Shown here piece after piece: positions 39,068-49,998 of a stretch of 64,000 bases of DNA. Numbering within the stretch: position 1 is the first letter of the stretch; each line of letters begins with the position of its first letter. The DNA is from Trichosphaerium sp. ATCC 40318 (Eukaryota; Protista; Tubulinea). Location of the stretch: the NCBI GenBank assembly GCA_038496445.1, contig JALMLS010000353.1, forward strand, positions 248,001 to 312,000, read 5' to 3'. Both the position numbers and the translations under genes were made by a program. The notes under the pieces were generated by a model. That model was not told the origin of the DNA, ran no database searches, and worked only from the letters and a program-made list of their open reading frames with translations.

Positions 39068-40890
39068 TTATTCCGAAGTTTTTTCTGATTTTTTTCCGTT
39101 TTCTTCTTCTTCCTCTGTATCCTCATCTTTAGTTGTTTCAACGTTATTGTCATCTTCTTTTCCTCCTTTATCATCGTTTTCTTCTTCTTCCTGTGATTTT
39201 TCTTCTTTCTCTTTAGCCTCATCGTTCTTTGGTTTTTCGGAAGTATCTTTATTTTTTTTATTTCCTTTTTTTTGTTTCTTGCTTTTTTTCGATGGTGTAA
39301 CATTGACTTCCTAGTAAAGATGTTATACAACGTTGCAAATGCGTACTTTACCTTTCCAGATACTTTAGCATCAATATAATCCCACACTGAATCAATAGAA
39401 GCTGCAGAAGTCCACTAATTGTATGAGGTTTACATCTTGTTTTTAAACTAACAGCATCGTACCTCATGCTCTGTATGTCCTGCAGACACAGTTGGGCATC
39501 CTCCTTCTTTCTTTCTTGGTGTACCAACAGGTCTAGTAGATCGCACTAATACGTTTTAGGTTACAATGAAACATTAGAAACATACCCCAATTACAAACAT
39601 TTTTATCGTAATAATCAAGCAACTCTTCATCAAAACGCTGCTTGTTTCTGGACCTAAACAGATCATGAGAAGCCATAAAAACGCATAAAATATAATGGTA
39701 TACCATAATCTTGGATGAACTGAATCTGTAAGTGCCACACATCGTAACCGAGACAAAAGTTCATCCTCTTTGAAAAAAGTAAGAAAAAAAAAAAGGTGGT
39801 CACGTGATCTGCCATGCAGATCTTAAAAGTTAATGAATATCCTTACTTTGATATAGTAAATTAAGTGTAGCGATACCACCATAACTATGTGCTATGATAA
39901 CAACATCTTTTGCTTTAGACGAAGCAACAAACTTATCATATACATAACAAGCATGATTTTCAGGTGACTTATTATGACGTATTTGAACCATTCTATTTTT
40001 AACTCTTCCTTCATTTTTGTTCGGGTTAAACACCTACAAATGCAATAATAAGCAGGAGAAAACAGCAAGCTGTTATTGTTGACAACAGAAATTAAAACAA
40101 ATATCAAGTAAGAAAAAAACGAGAAACTTACAATGATAGCATAACCCCTACTCCTAGCTTCGACCAGATAAGGTAAAATTGATCCTTTTGATAGATCTTC
40201 ATTAATACATAGAGACCGCGCCCATTGACCTGCTCTTAGAGGGACAATGTGTCAAAACAAAAATAGAACAACAAAAAATGAAAGACTAAAAGAGAAACTC
40301 ACCTGACTTGTCCAAGTCCTTGTATCAGAAGTAATAGCTTATCAGCAGTATCATAATTTTTCGAAACAAATATAGGAACCTTAGGGTACCCTTCTGGATA
40401 GTCTTCTTCAAGTGGAAGGTTATGAACTTGAAGATCGAAATCTACAAAAAAAACCGTTAAAATTACGATTACACGAAAGAAAAAAACCGTTAGGACTGAA
40501 AAGACGTGTTACTGTACAGTAAGTTTCCGCGAAGAGAATAAGTGTTATCGGCTTTTATGGTGTTTTTGACCCAAAACCAAGTTTTTTTTGTGTTTTGTTG
40601 TACCCTTCGCCATTACTTCTTGTATGTAATTCTTTACCATCTCCGAAATGGCCTCGTAGTGTTCTTGGTCTATAAACTTAAATTTGCCATCTTGATAAAC
40701 ATAAGTAAGTTGTAAATAGCTGATAACGCGTACTAGACTTCATATCTACTAGTTTGTAGTCGTATTTCTCGTGTTCGCTATCAGCATCTAGTTTTAGCCA
40801 TTTATAACCGTAATCTTCTACGCTCGTAGGGTTTTCAGGCAATACAACGCCTTTTGGCTTTTTTTTCTTTTTAAATCGTTTAAACGCCAT
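39068..40890 (-). CDS. FAM172A: FAM172A/ARB2-family alpha/beta-hydrolase-like protein with a Lys/Glu-rich tail
   Basis: [94 protein letters not shown] are hallmark FAM172/Arb2 motifs. Confidence 0.88.
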
Positions 40891-41160
40891 TTGAGGAATG
40901 TAGTATTGTTAAAGCTGAGCTGCTTATCCTTAATAAATCAGTTCAAACTGATTTTAGGCCTAAAAATAAGCGTTTAATGAATCCCAACAAGAAGAAAATG
41001 TCAAGACTAAAATAGGTTTCGAAATATCTTGTCTTACAAATTCTCTCACGGATAGATACAGGTTGACAAGAACTGCAACACTAATACAGCGTCCACAACA
41101 TGCTAAATCAGCTAGACTTAACAAGTACAAAAGATTAAAGTCAAGACGTGTCGAGGCTAT

Positions 41161-42558
41161 TTATTCGAGTCTTAATGTTTGCATACAGGCATAGCAATTA
41201 CTTCTTGCAAATACATCAGCAGCTGCCAATACGCCAACATACTTGTCCTTCAGAAGAGCTAACAAGTTAAGTCAGATATCGTCACATAAAAATAGTCACG
41301 TACGTTCACAGACATCAAGTACTGATTCGAAGGCAGCATGAAATAGTAAGTATGAGTTACCAAAGTTAGTAGCAGATGGATCACCTACACCAGAAGCTTG
41401 TGCTAGACCACCAAACACAGTACCTCCATTTTCTTGAAATACGGAGAATAAACCTTGTCCTGCAAAAGCAAGGCAATCTGATAAGTATGCATCTGCTTGA
41501 ACAACATCATCACGTGTTCCTACAATAATCTTAATTGAGGAAAACACTGTTTCAAGCTTACCAATGCCAAAATGGCCACCAAGAAAAGTGTCGTATTTGA
41601 AGGTGTTTCCAAGCAAGAACTTAAAATCTCTTTGTAGTCCTGGAACAAAGTTTCCAATACCTATACTCATTAATAAAGCGAAACAATGAACAACAAATAA
41701 AAATGAAGCTTTGAGTACCGTAGAAATCAAAAGGGACCCAGCTAGGCCAGACTGTGTCAACATAGAAAACAAGCTTTGCTTTAGGATAATAGAAAACAAT
41801 GTTTCCCGGCATGTGCCCATTTCCATTGTATTTCAGAACAAACTTAGGTCCGCTAAACCCAATGGAACTGTAGTAAACTACATTGAATTAAACACAACAG
41901 TGCTACCAAGTTAGGCGTACCACTATCGAAAGTGCGTGTTGGTACAGGCCGGCGATTATCACTCTTGTCAACTCTGTCAGCGATGTGACGAGCAGTCTCC
42001 TTATGTCCGATAAACCTAGCATAAGGCCACTCCGCCTAGGTAAGCATGTTAGTTTCCAACAAAACAAAGTTAACCTCAACAACTTTCAGTACCTTTATTC
42101 TAAACGCATTTCCTACATGATCAAGGTGGGCGTGAGAATAAATAAACAGGCATACTTTGTGATCGGTCACAGTCTTAATAGCTTCAACAAGATCATTACC
42201 ATTCCAAGTCTATTTAGTGTTAATGATATAAACTCTTCTCTGCTAGTTACCTCTGGCGCATCTACAACAAGTGCACATTTCCTCCCCAAAAAATTATTAC
42301 CTTCGATGACGAGTGCTTGGTAAACACCTAAGAACTACCTGAGATTTTTCTGGCTGCACTGAAAACCATACCTTCGCGAAGAACAAAAACTCCTGGTGAT
42401 ATTTCATCGCTTCTCCAAGCTGTACCACCTGGAAGCGCTGGCCCGTCGAGAGGATCTCCTCTTGCAGATTCGGGTAGTGGCGCAAACCCAGAGAAGTCAA
42501 AGGCTGCGCAAGTAGCGGCAATAAGCAGAACAATCAAAATATAGGAGAGGCTGTTCAT
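41161..42558 (-). CDS. secreted metallo-beta-lactamase-fold protein
   Basis: Signal peptide MNSLSYILIVLLIAATCA; EISPGVFVLREG, LVVDAP, LFIYSHAHLDHVG (HxHxDH), GHMPGN, LVFYVDTVWP, FLGGHFG. Confidence 0.85.
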
Positions 42559-43464
42559 TAGGCAATGAATTTCTGTATTGATCGTTTCATGTATCACAAC
42601 AAAATTGAACGTGATGATGCGTATGTTTGAATCATGTGATTTTTTTTTTAGGCTCACCAGAGGGAGAAATATATAACCGACCCTAGAAATAATACAAACG
42701 CAGTTCTGAAAACAAGTAGTTATTAAACGTGACTAATTACCTTTAGTAACTGCCGACTGACTCACAAGACAATGATCAAAACTGCACATAGTTACAATAA
42801 GCAAACCCCCATTGAAACCTTGCTAACTGAGTGGCAGACGCCAAGGCATAACGTGCTCGGTCTATTTATGCGGCAACTGCAAACAATCTTTCAACAAATT
42901 TATATTTAAATTTGTTGCTTAAATACTACCAAATGAAAAAACCGTTTGACTGTACTAAATACATTAATGCACGCTATATTTCTAACTTTCTTGCGGTTCG
43001 GGTAAATTTTCTAGTCATGTGATTTTCGCTCTAAATCAAACATGCTGTGCTCAACTTATCAGCTCAACACTCTCCACTAAATGGTATGACAACAAATAGA
43101 ACAAACTTTGCTCTCTTTTGCGAGTACTACTGTCGGGTAAAATGCTATGGTATTGCCTGTAACGTACCAGTTTTACTTCCGGCTGCGTTGAGAAACTATT
43201 TGATAGTTAAGAATTGTTGTTTCTTTATCTTTCTCATCTCTATCTCAGCCTTGCGGTTGTAAAAGCTTTTGTAAACGGTTGCCCTTGCGTTGCTTACAAA
43301 AAATTTGACAGTGTAATCATTCCATAGACACTGATAAAGGGAAGCTTTTTAGCACAGTAGGTACAGCGATTTGTGTTTGGTATTAGTTTGATCCTCCTAT
43401 GAAGAAATTACAACTTTAATTGCAATAGCAATTATTATTTATTTGGCTTTTACGATACAAACTT

Positions 43465-43809
43465 TTAGAATTCTTTTAGCCTTCTTTCGCCATATTCACG
43501 CAAGTTACGCGCATCTCGCAATACTTGACGCAGTGTTTCCATTTTAGCCGTGAAGTCAGCTATACAGTCGTCAGTGCAAATATCGCCTTCTCTTCCACAG
43601 CTGCTTATGATGCGGTTTTGATAGCGCTCCTCGAAGCCAAAAAATTTAGCCCAACGCGGGATATCGTTAGCGTCTTCAATGCATTCGTTTTCTTCTTGTG
43701 TGCAATCTCTAATGCAAGAATCTAGGTTTGTTCTGTATGTTTTGAGTGCAATCACTTGACTGAGGCAGCAACAAGCAATAAGAAGTAGTGCGATTGTAAA
43801 TGAGCGCAT
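43465..43809 (-). CDS. small secreted Cys-containing helical protein (114 aa, intronless)
   Basis: Signal peptide MRSFTIALLLIACCCLSQVIA; CIRDCTQEENEC and CGREGDICTDDC patterns; good ATG context (ACAAAATG). Confidence 0.7.
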   Translation of the reverse strand: MRSFTIALLLIACCCLSQVIALKTYRTNLDSCIRDCTQEENECIEDANDIPRWAKFFGFEERYQNRIISSCGREGDICTDDCIADFTAKMETLRQVLRDARNLREYGERRLKEF

Positions 43810-44626
43810 TTTGTTGTTTATCGTGTACGAGAAACTTTTTAATGGTCTTAACTTCTACTTTTAAGGATACTTTCCTTATTTAGAAGGTAAATTACTTAAA
43901 AACTGATATCAGAACTACGATAATCGTTCTACTGTAGCACATGCTCCAAAACGCTAAAAATCTCCTCTACAACAGTCCTGGAGGATTGAATTCTACTGGA
44001 TCTTTGCAGCGACAGGAATTGCAAAGCCCAAAGCCGATAGAAAACTCTGTATGTCGTTATACGAAGAGTAGTATTACCTTTGGGGCAGTGGAATTGATCC
44101 AATGAATCTATGGAGATTCAAAGTAGTTTGTGTAAATGTAATAAGCGTAGCATCTCTAAAATGTTAGAAAACAAAAAAAGTGCTTTAAGTATCCAAAAGG
44201 GCTTTTTGCCGGTAACAAATATGTAGAACTTTGTCAAAAAAAAGTCAAAAATTCGGCACACTAATTATCCTATATTATGTCATAGGAACTATTTAGAAAG
44301 TTTCATCCTAAAAGTTGTCTCCCTTTGTGGCGAACAGTTCAATATCACTTCGACATTTGTTTGACTTTTTTTTCGACATTTTAGTATAAGCCCTTTTTGC
44401 ATACCAGGTAAGATTCGTCAATAGCAACAAACTTTGGCTATACTAAGTATGTGATTCACAGGTTTGCTTAAGCAAAGCATACAGTGCTTCACTGTGAGGT
44501 TTCTTGACAGGCTCAAGCGATAAGTGAAATATCGCACTTCCATCAGTATGATAGGAAAATAATAAGTGATGAATTCGTGGACTCAGTATGAGGTATTCAA
44601 TTACATGAACAGAATATTACACTCAT

Positions 44627-46585
44627 ATGGACACGCAAGACGAAGCTCCTCTCCTTTCTACAGCGAATGCTATAACAGAAAGAAAGGTACTGTTTACTAT
44701 TGGGTGGTTTTTTACAGTGCATAGTTTGTAAGAAGGTTGTATTACAATGTGTTTCATGCCGCTATACTTTGTGTACTTACAACAGGCACGCGCCCGTGAT
44801 GAAATGACAAAATAGCTAAGCGTACAAAAAAGGACCAATCACAAACTATGCAGCTCTTAAACCTGCATTGCTTGAGTCTAGAGTTTACGCTAACATTTGT
44901 GGTGATAACTGGAAAGTTAAGTGCGCAAATACATCTAGGATAGAAGCTTGTTGTCCGGTACAATCTATACAGATACAACATACTAACCTCGAAACACAGG
45001 AGCAAAATTTAGCTTTGAATAGAGTTCCCCAATTTGCTTTCGGTGGAGTGTTGGTGCTTTCTTATTTAAGTGGTGAGATTGCTGTGCGCTTAGGTAATGT
45101 AAGAAAGAATATGATACTTGGAGCATGTGGCATAAGTGTTTGTTGGGTTGTAGCCGCATTTGTCCATGAACCAGAAGTACCATACTGGGTAAAAGTGGTG
45201 CTTGTATTTCTGATCTACAAGCTTAAGATTGGTTCAGCTTTCAAAGCTTATAGTTTATGTAGATAACTTCATGGCTACTACCAGGATGTCTATTATTGAC
45301 TATGTTTCTGGGCGGTATTATTTACGTAGCTTGTCTGACATACTACTTGGCTGCTACTTCGAAAGGTATGCAAGTAACAATTTATCTAAAAGCTTACTGT
45401 TTAGTGCAACCGAACGCTATTGGACTATTCAATGGGTGTCTCACTGGTGCGTGGGATCTCAGTGGTATTGTTTTTTGGTTATTTCTTGTTGTATATGACT
45501 GGGGAGTCTCGTTGAGGTAGCTGTTATCTGTTTTTCGCTTTTTTCTGATATTCTACACAAGGTGGGTGTTTTTAGGATATGCTGTTATTGTATTTGTGAC
45601 TACGCTCCCTTCTGCTTACTTTCTAGAACCTAACTACTCATTACTGCGAGAAGAAAATAAACCAAAGTCAAAAGAAACGCTTCCTTCACTTTATGAAACA
45701 TTTACTGTTGATGCGCTTAAACCGGTTGTAATTCTCTCATGGCTCGTGCAAAGTCTTTTTGCGTCACTTGTACTAATAAACTTGCTCTGTAGGTTGTTCA
45801 CATTTGTGTCGTCTCCTTTGGGCTACTTCTATATCAGCACTGTTCCTGATCAGATAAATTGGGCAACGCACGTTGGAACTATAGATGCCGATATGGAAAC
45901 AGCTGAAGATTTAACCCTTGGTTGGTCGATACTACTACCAGCTATGGCTTTATTGGCACCAGTGTTGGGTTTGGTTTACCAAACAAGAGATAAAGGTACC
46001 TGTAATTGAGTTCACTGCTCACCTAAAACTTACTAAAGGCTAATTGTTGTTGTAGATCTTAGAACAGCTTGGAGAGGAGCTTTGTTAGTACAAGTACTTG
46101 GCATTGTATGGGTTGGATGTTCAATGTTCAGGGTAACTGGGTTGGTTTTAAAGCAAGTATCTAATTGGTTTATTGTAAAGATAGCTAATCTACAGTACAT
46201 GACGTTCGTCATTATGGTGGTTTGGAGAATGGCTGGAATAATCTTCACGAATCAGCTTATCCAACAATTCGTTCCAAACAACTTATCAAGGCTTGCAGCT
46301 ATGTAAATACGCTTTCTTACTTTTTTCTTGTTGCATTACATTCTTTGGTTTAACTAGTTCTAATATAGGGGATATACTCTTGGTGGGATTGGTACTTTTC
46401 TTACACCAGTCATTGATTCTGCTGTTTCATCAAAGCAGCGTTATTCCTGGGTAAATTGTATTTGGTTTGCCATCTCAACAATAACAACATGTACTCTTCT
46501 CAGTTATGCTGCAGTACATGCTAGAGACTGGAAAAGAAAAGAATACTTGAATACAGAAGAATACGACGAACTATCAAATGTATGA
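44627..46585 (+). CDS. MFS transporter, SLC43/LAT3/FMP42-like
   Basis: NYAALKPALLESRVYANIC after the first TM, Cys loop, multiple hydrophobic segments, GLFNGCLTGAWDLSGIVF, GYFYISTVPDQI; N-terminal EAPLL dileucine-type sorting signal. Confidence 0.8.
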
Positions 46586-46939
46586 TTTTAGTACCACGTG
46601 TTTTAATACAAGAAAAAACATCAATTGAGTCTTATTACAACTTGTTTAGGCTGACCGCACAGAGATTAATCCATAGAACAGTGTATCATACATAAACAGA
46701 ACATATACTCTATTTAATTTATACTTTATCTGACACCTAGAAACTATTATGTTTAATGCTGTGAAGTTTGAGATAGCGAACGCCTTGCAAATACTAACAA
46801 TGCTGGTTTTTTCTTGAGAGGGAAGGCAATGTAGATGTTGTTTGTCTTCATGAGGTGTGTCAATTTCTTGCAAAGTTGTTTCCATTGTAATTTGCATTGA
46901 TTGTGGTTCCCCTAATTCGCATCTAGAATACATTTTGAA

Positions 46940-47030
46940 ATAGCTTGTGTGTACCAATGAACGCGCAGATATATCATAAATGAATGTAGCACGTGACCAT
47001 AACTTCAACAGGAATCTCACTGTTATTCCA
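46940..47030 (-). pseudogene. possible decayed F-box relic
   Basis: Across a frameshift reads EIPVEVMV/ATFIYDISARSLVHTSYF, alignable with EVPVEILVIILQYLTVVDIESIAHTSKY of the F-box at 48287. Confidence 0.3.
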
Positions 47031-47145
47031 TTTTTGCATTTGTGAACCTTGCAGCGATATAAGCTAGACCCATAGTGAAGAGCTAGACAAGAAGCCACAT
47101 ACATTACATAACTTTTTATGTGATTTGAGTTGACTTCAGCTAATA

Positions 47146-47800
47146 ATGCTTGATTCTTCGCTCACACAGTACGAGCGATCTCAAGATAAAGGATCAGTAC
47201 CTAAAGTAGATCTTAAAGAGCAAATACTGATTATTGGAGAAAACGGATCAGGGAAAACAAGTTTGGCGTTAAAATTTTGTCAGGATACTTTTGACGCGAG
47301 TTGTAACCCAACCGTAGAGAATGAGCAGGCTTTTAGAAAAAACATTTACATAGACGAAGAAGAGAAAAGCGTTGAGTTTCTCATTATTAATGCTACTGGA
47401 GCGCGTACTATCGCAGTCAATGATCTATACATGAAACTATGCAAAGCAGTATTAGTAGTTTACAATATAGCTGACAAGGCGTCTCTGGAGCGCATTATAC
47501 GTGTTTTGGACTTTATACTACTGTACGTTTAGATAACGACAAATTCCACTATACTAAGTGTAAAACAGCATTAAGCATGATAAGAAGTTTCCCGTAGTTA
47601 TTGTAGGCAATAAATCAGACCTTGAGAGCAATAGACAAGTCACAAAGGAAGAAGCAATGGCAGTGGCAGACCATTACGGTTTTCCTTTATTCGAAACATC
47701 AGCAAAGAGTGGTGAAAACGTACATGATGCTTTCTACAAGCTTGTTCAGATAGCTGAATCAAAAACAAGTAAGAAATCAAGTACTTGCAATATCGTTTAG
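47146..47800 (+). CDS. divergent Ras-family small GTPase with CaaX box (intron ~47523-47569)
   Basis: G1 GENGSGKTS, effector CNPTVEN, G3 degenerate (INATGA), G4 VGNKSDL, G5 FETSAK, ends KKSSTCNIV*. Confidence 0.88.
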
Positions 47801-48286
47801 ATACCATAGAAGCGGTTAAATACATTGTACAATAGTCAATAAATTCACGTCACGTGATCTTTTTTTTTGTGCAAGGACATTGCTGTTTCCAATTGAGTAA
47901 CAACACCTCTGGCTATGAGACTGATGAAAGAAAGCCGAAATTGGTATGTTCTCCTCCATATTTGTGGAACTTACTGGACAGAAGCATCTACAAAACCTGA
48001 CTTTAAACAATTTCTGCTTGAACAAAAGAGGGCTAGCTCAGTTGGTTGATAGGACTGGAACACCGCGGTAGATAGGGCAATATGTACTACACCTATAACG
48101 CCAGTGGTTTGACGCTATTATAGACAGTATATTCCAGCTACATCCAGTATAAACGTCACATCTTAAAGGGTTGTAAATGCTTACGATTTCTGGTGTATAG
48201 TCAATAAAAGTCAGTTACGACTTTACACAAAAGCTATTTTTAATCGAAAGCACGCTTCCTGCTTTTTGTAAAATACAGCGGAAACA

Positions 48287-49877
48287 ATGAACCAAGACAC
48301 AGCATTCTTCGACGAAGTTCCAGTTGAAATACTGGTTATCATACTCCAATACCTTACTGTAGTGGATATAGAGTCAATAGCGCATACATCCAAATATCTA
48401 GACCGTATAGCGATAAACTTTGGATACTTTCACGCCAAAACAAGAAAAGTGCTAATAGATTCCAAAAAAAAACTTCGAAGACTTTTCAAGACTGCACCAC
48501 AACTTATACGAAAACATGAGATTGTAATAACATACCATAACTTTAGACAAAAAGATATGATTCGATATCTCCAGAATGTATACTTTCTTAATCTTTCAAG
48601 AATAACTGACTTAACTAAATTTGATTTTTCCAAACTTAACATCATACATGGTATTGCCTTAAACAATATTATTGTTCATGAAAAACACCTTAAACATCTA
48701 TCTGGTTTACATACAATCACGCTAAAAGAATGCTGTTTATCAACAAAGGGCATGAAATGGCTATCAACCTCTCATACTGTAAACCTTCCAAAAGCTGGGA
48801 TTATTTCAGATTTTGATATGTCGGGGTTGGGTCTACCTGTACACAAGGTAGCAAATCAAGCTATATCAGCACTAGCTGGCGTACACACAATTGATATATC
48901 AAAGACTAAAGTATCTGATGAGGGTGTAAAGGTGTTGGCAGGTGTACATACAATTGATCTTTCAGGCACTAATGTAGGCGATAAAGGTGTTAAAGCTTTA
49001 GCTGGAGTTCATAAGATTGAGCTTGCGGATTGTCCTGAAATAACAGATGAAGCTATCAAAGCACTATCTGGTGTCCATACAATTAACCTATTTGGTACCT
49101 ATATAACAGATGAAGGCGTTAAAGAATTAGCTGGAGTACATACAATTAATCTATCAAATCCAAGAGTATCTGATAAAGGTGTAAAGGCTTTAGCAGGAGT
49201 TCACACAATCAATCTCTCAAACTCTTGCGTAGGAGATAAAGGCGTCAAGGCATTAGCAGGAGTTCATACAATTGACCTTAGGAGATGAAGGGATAAAAGC
49301 ATTAAGAGGTGTTCATATAATAAATCTTGAAAGGACCATGGTAGGAAATCAAGGTGTTAAGGCTTTAGCAGGTGTTCATACAATCAATCTCTCAAACACT
49401 AAAGTAGGAGATAAAGGCGTCAAGGCATTAGCAGGAGTTCATCGGATCAATCTCAGCTTTTGCTATTTAGTGACAGACAAAGGTATAAAAGCATTACGAG
49501 GTGTTCATACAATAGTGCTTGAAGGGCTTAAGGTCACTGACCAAGGCGTTAAGGCATTAGCAGGTGTTCATACAATTGATCTCGAGGGTACTAGTGTTAC
49601 AGATGAGGGCGTTAAAACCTTAGCAGGTGTACACAAGATTCGTCTTAGCAGTGCTATTACTGACAAAGGCGTCAAACCATTGGTTGGTGTTCATACCATT
49701 GATCTGTCAAACACTAACGTTACAGATAAAGGAATTAAGGCATTGGTTGGTGTTCATTGGATAAAGGTATTAGGCTGTTCTTTCATCACTGACAAATGCA
49801 AAAAAGCAATGTCCCATGCAATAGACTGGAGAAGTATTAGTTTTGATTATTTTAATGACACAACATACAATGCATGA
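48287..49877 (+). pseudogene. intronless F-box + leucine-rich-repeat gene split by a frameshift at ~49279 (pseudogene, truncated allele or assembly error)
   Basis: F-box FDEVPVEILVIILQYL; ~21-22-aa repeats LAGVHTIDLSGTNVGDKGVKA continue across ORFs 48287-49288 and 49272-49877; the junction GACCTT|AGGAGATGAAGGG lacks ~14 nt relative to neighbouring units. Confidence 0.8.
48860..49800 (+). repeat. coding tandem repeat, ~63-66 bp unit, ~15 units (LRR)
   Basis: Recurrent GCATTAGCAGG(A/T)GTTCATACAAT motif at ~63-bp spacing. Confidence 0.9.
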
Positions 49878-49998
49878 AAGTAAGCATAATGCTAGCTGTT
49901 GTAATAAATAAAACACAAGATACAGTGAAGAGTCTTGTTTTGAGTTTTTAAAGCTTTGTTTGTCTCTTGAGTTCAATAACACAATGTTTCGATTTTAT

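Noticed and set aside
39034-39387. Lys-rich ORF read as a separate basic protein
   Set aside because: Off-frame reading of the Lys/Glu-rich last exon of the FAM172A gene.
43930-44570. Fragmentary minus-strand Cys-containing frames (LDQFHCPKEFSIGFGLCNSCRCKDPVEFNPPGLL*)
   Set aside because: Needs frameshifts and has no clear start; may be a decayed gene but cannot be supported.
48027-48100. tRNA-like A-box GGGCTAGCTCAGTTGGTT
   Set aside because: No GTTC(G/A)A B-box/T-arm or acceptor-stem complement downstream; no cloverleaf.
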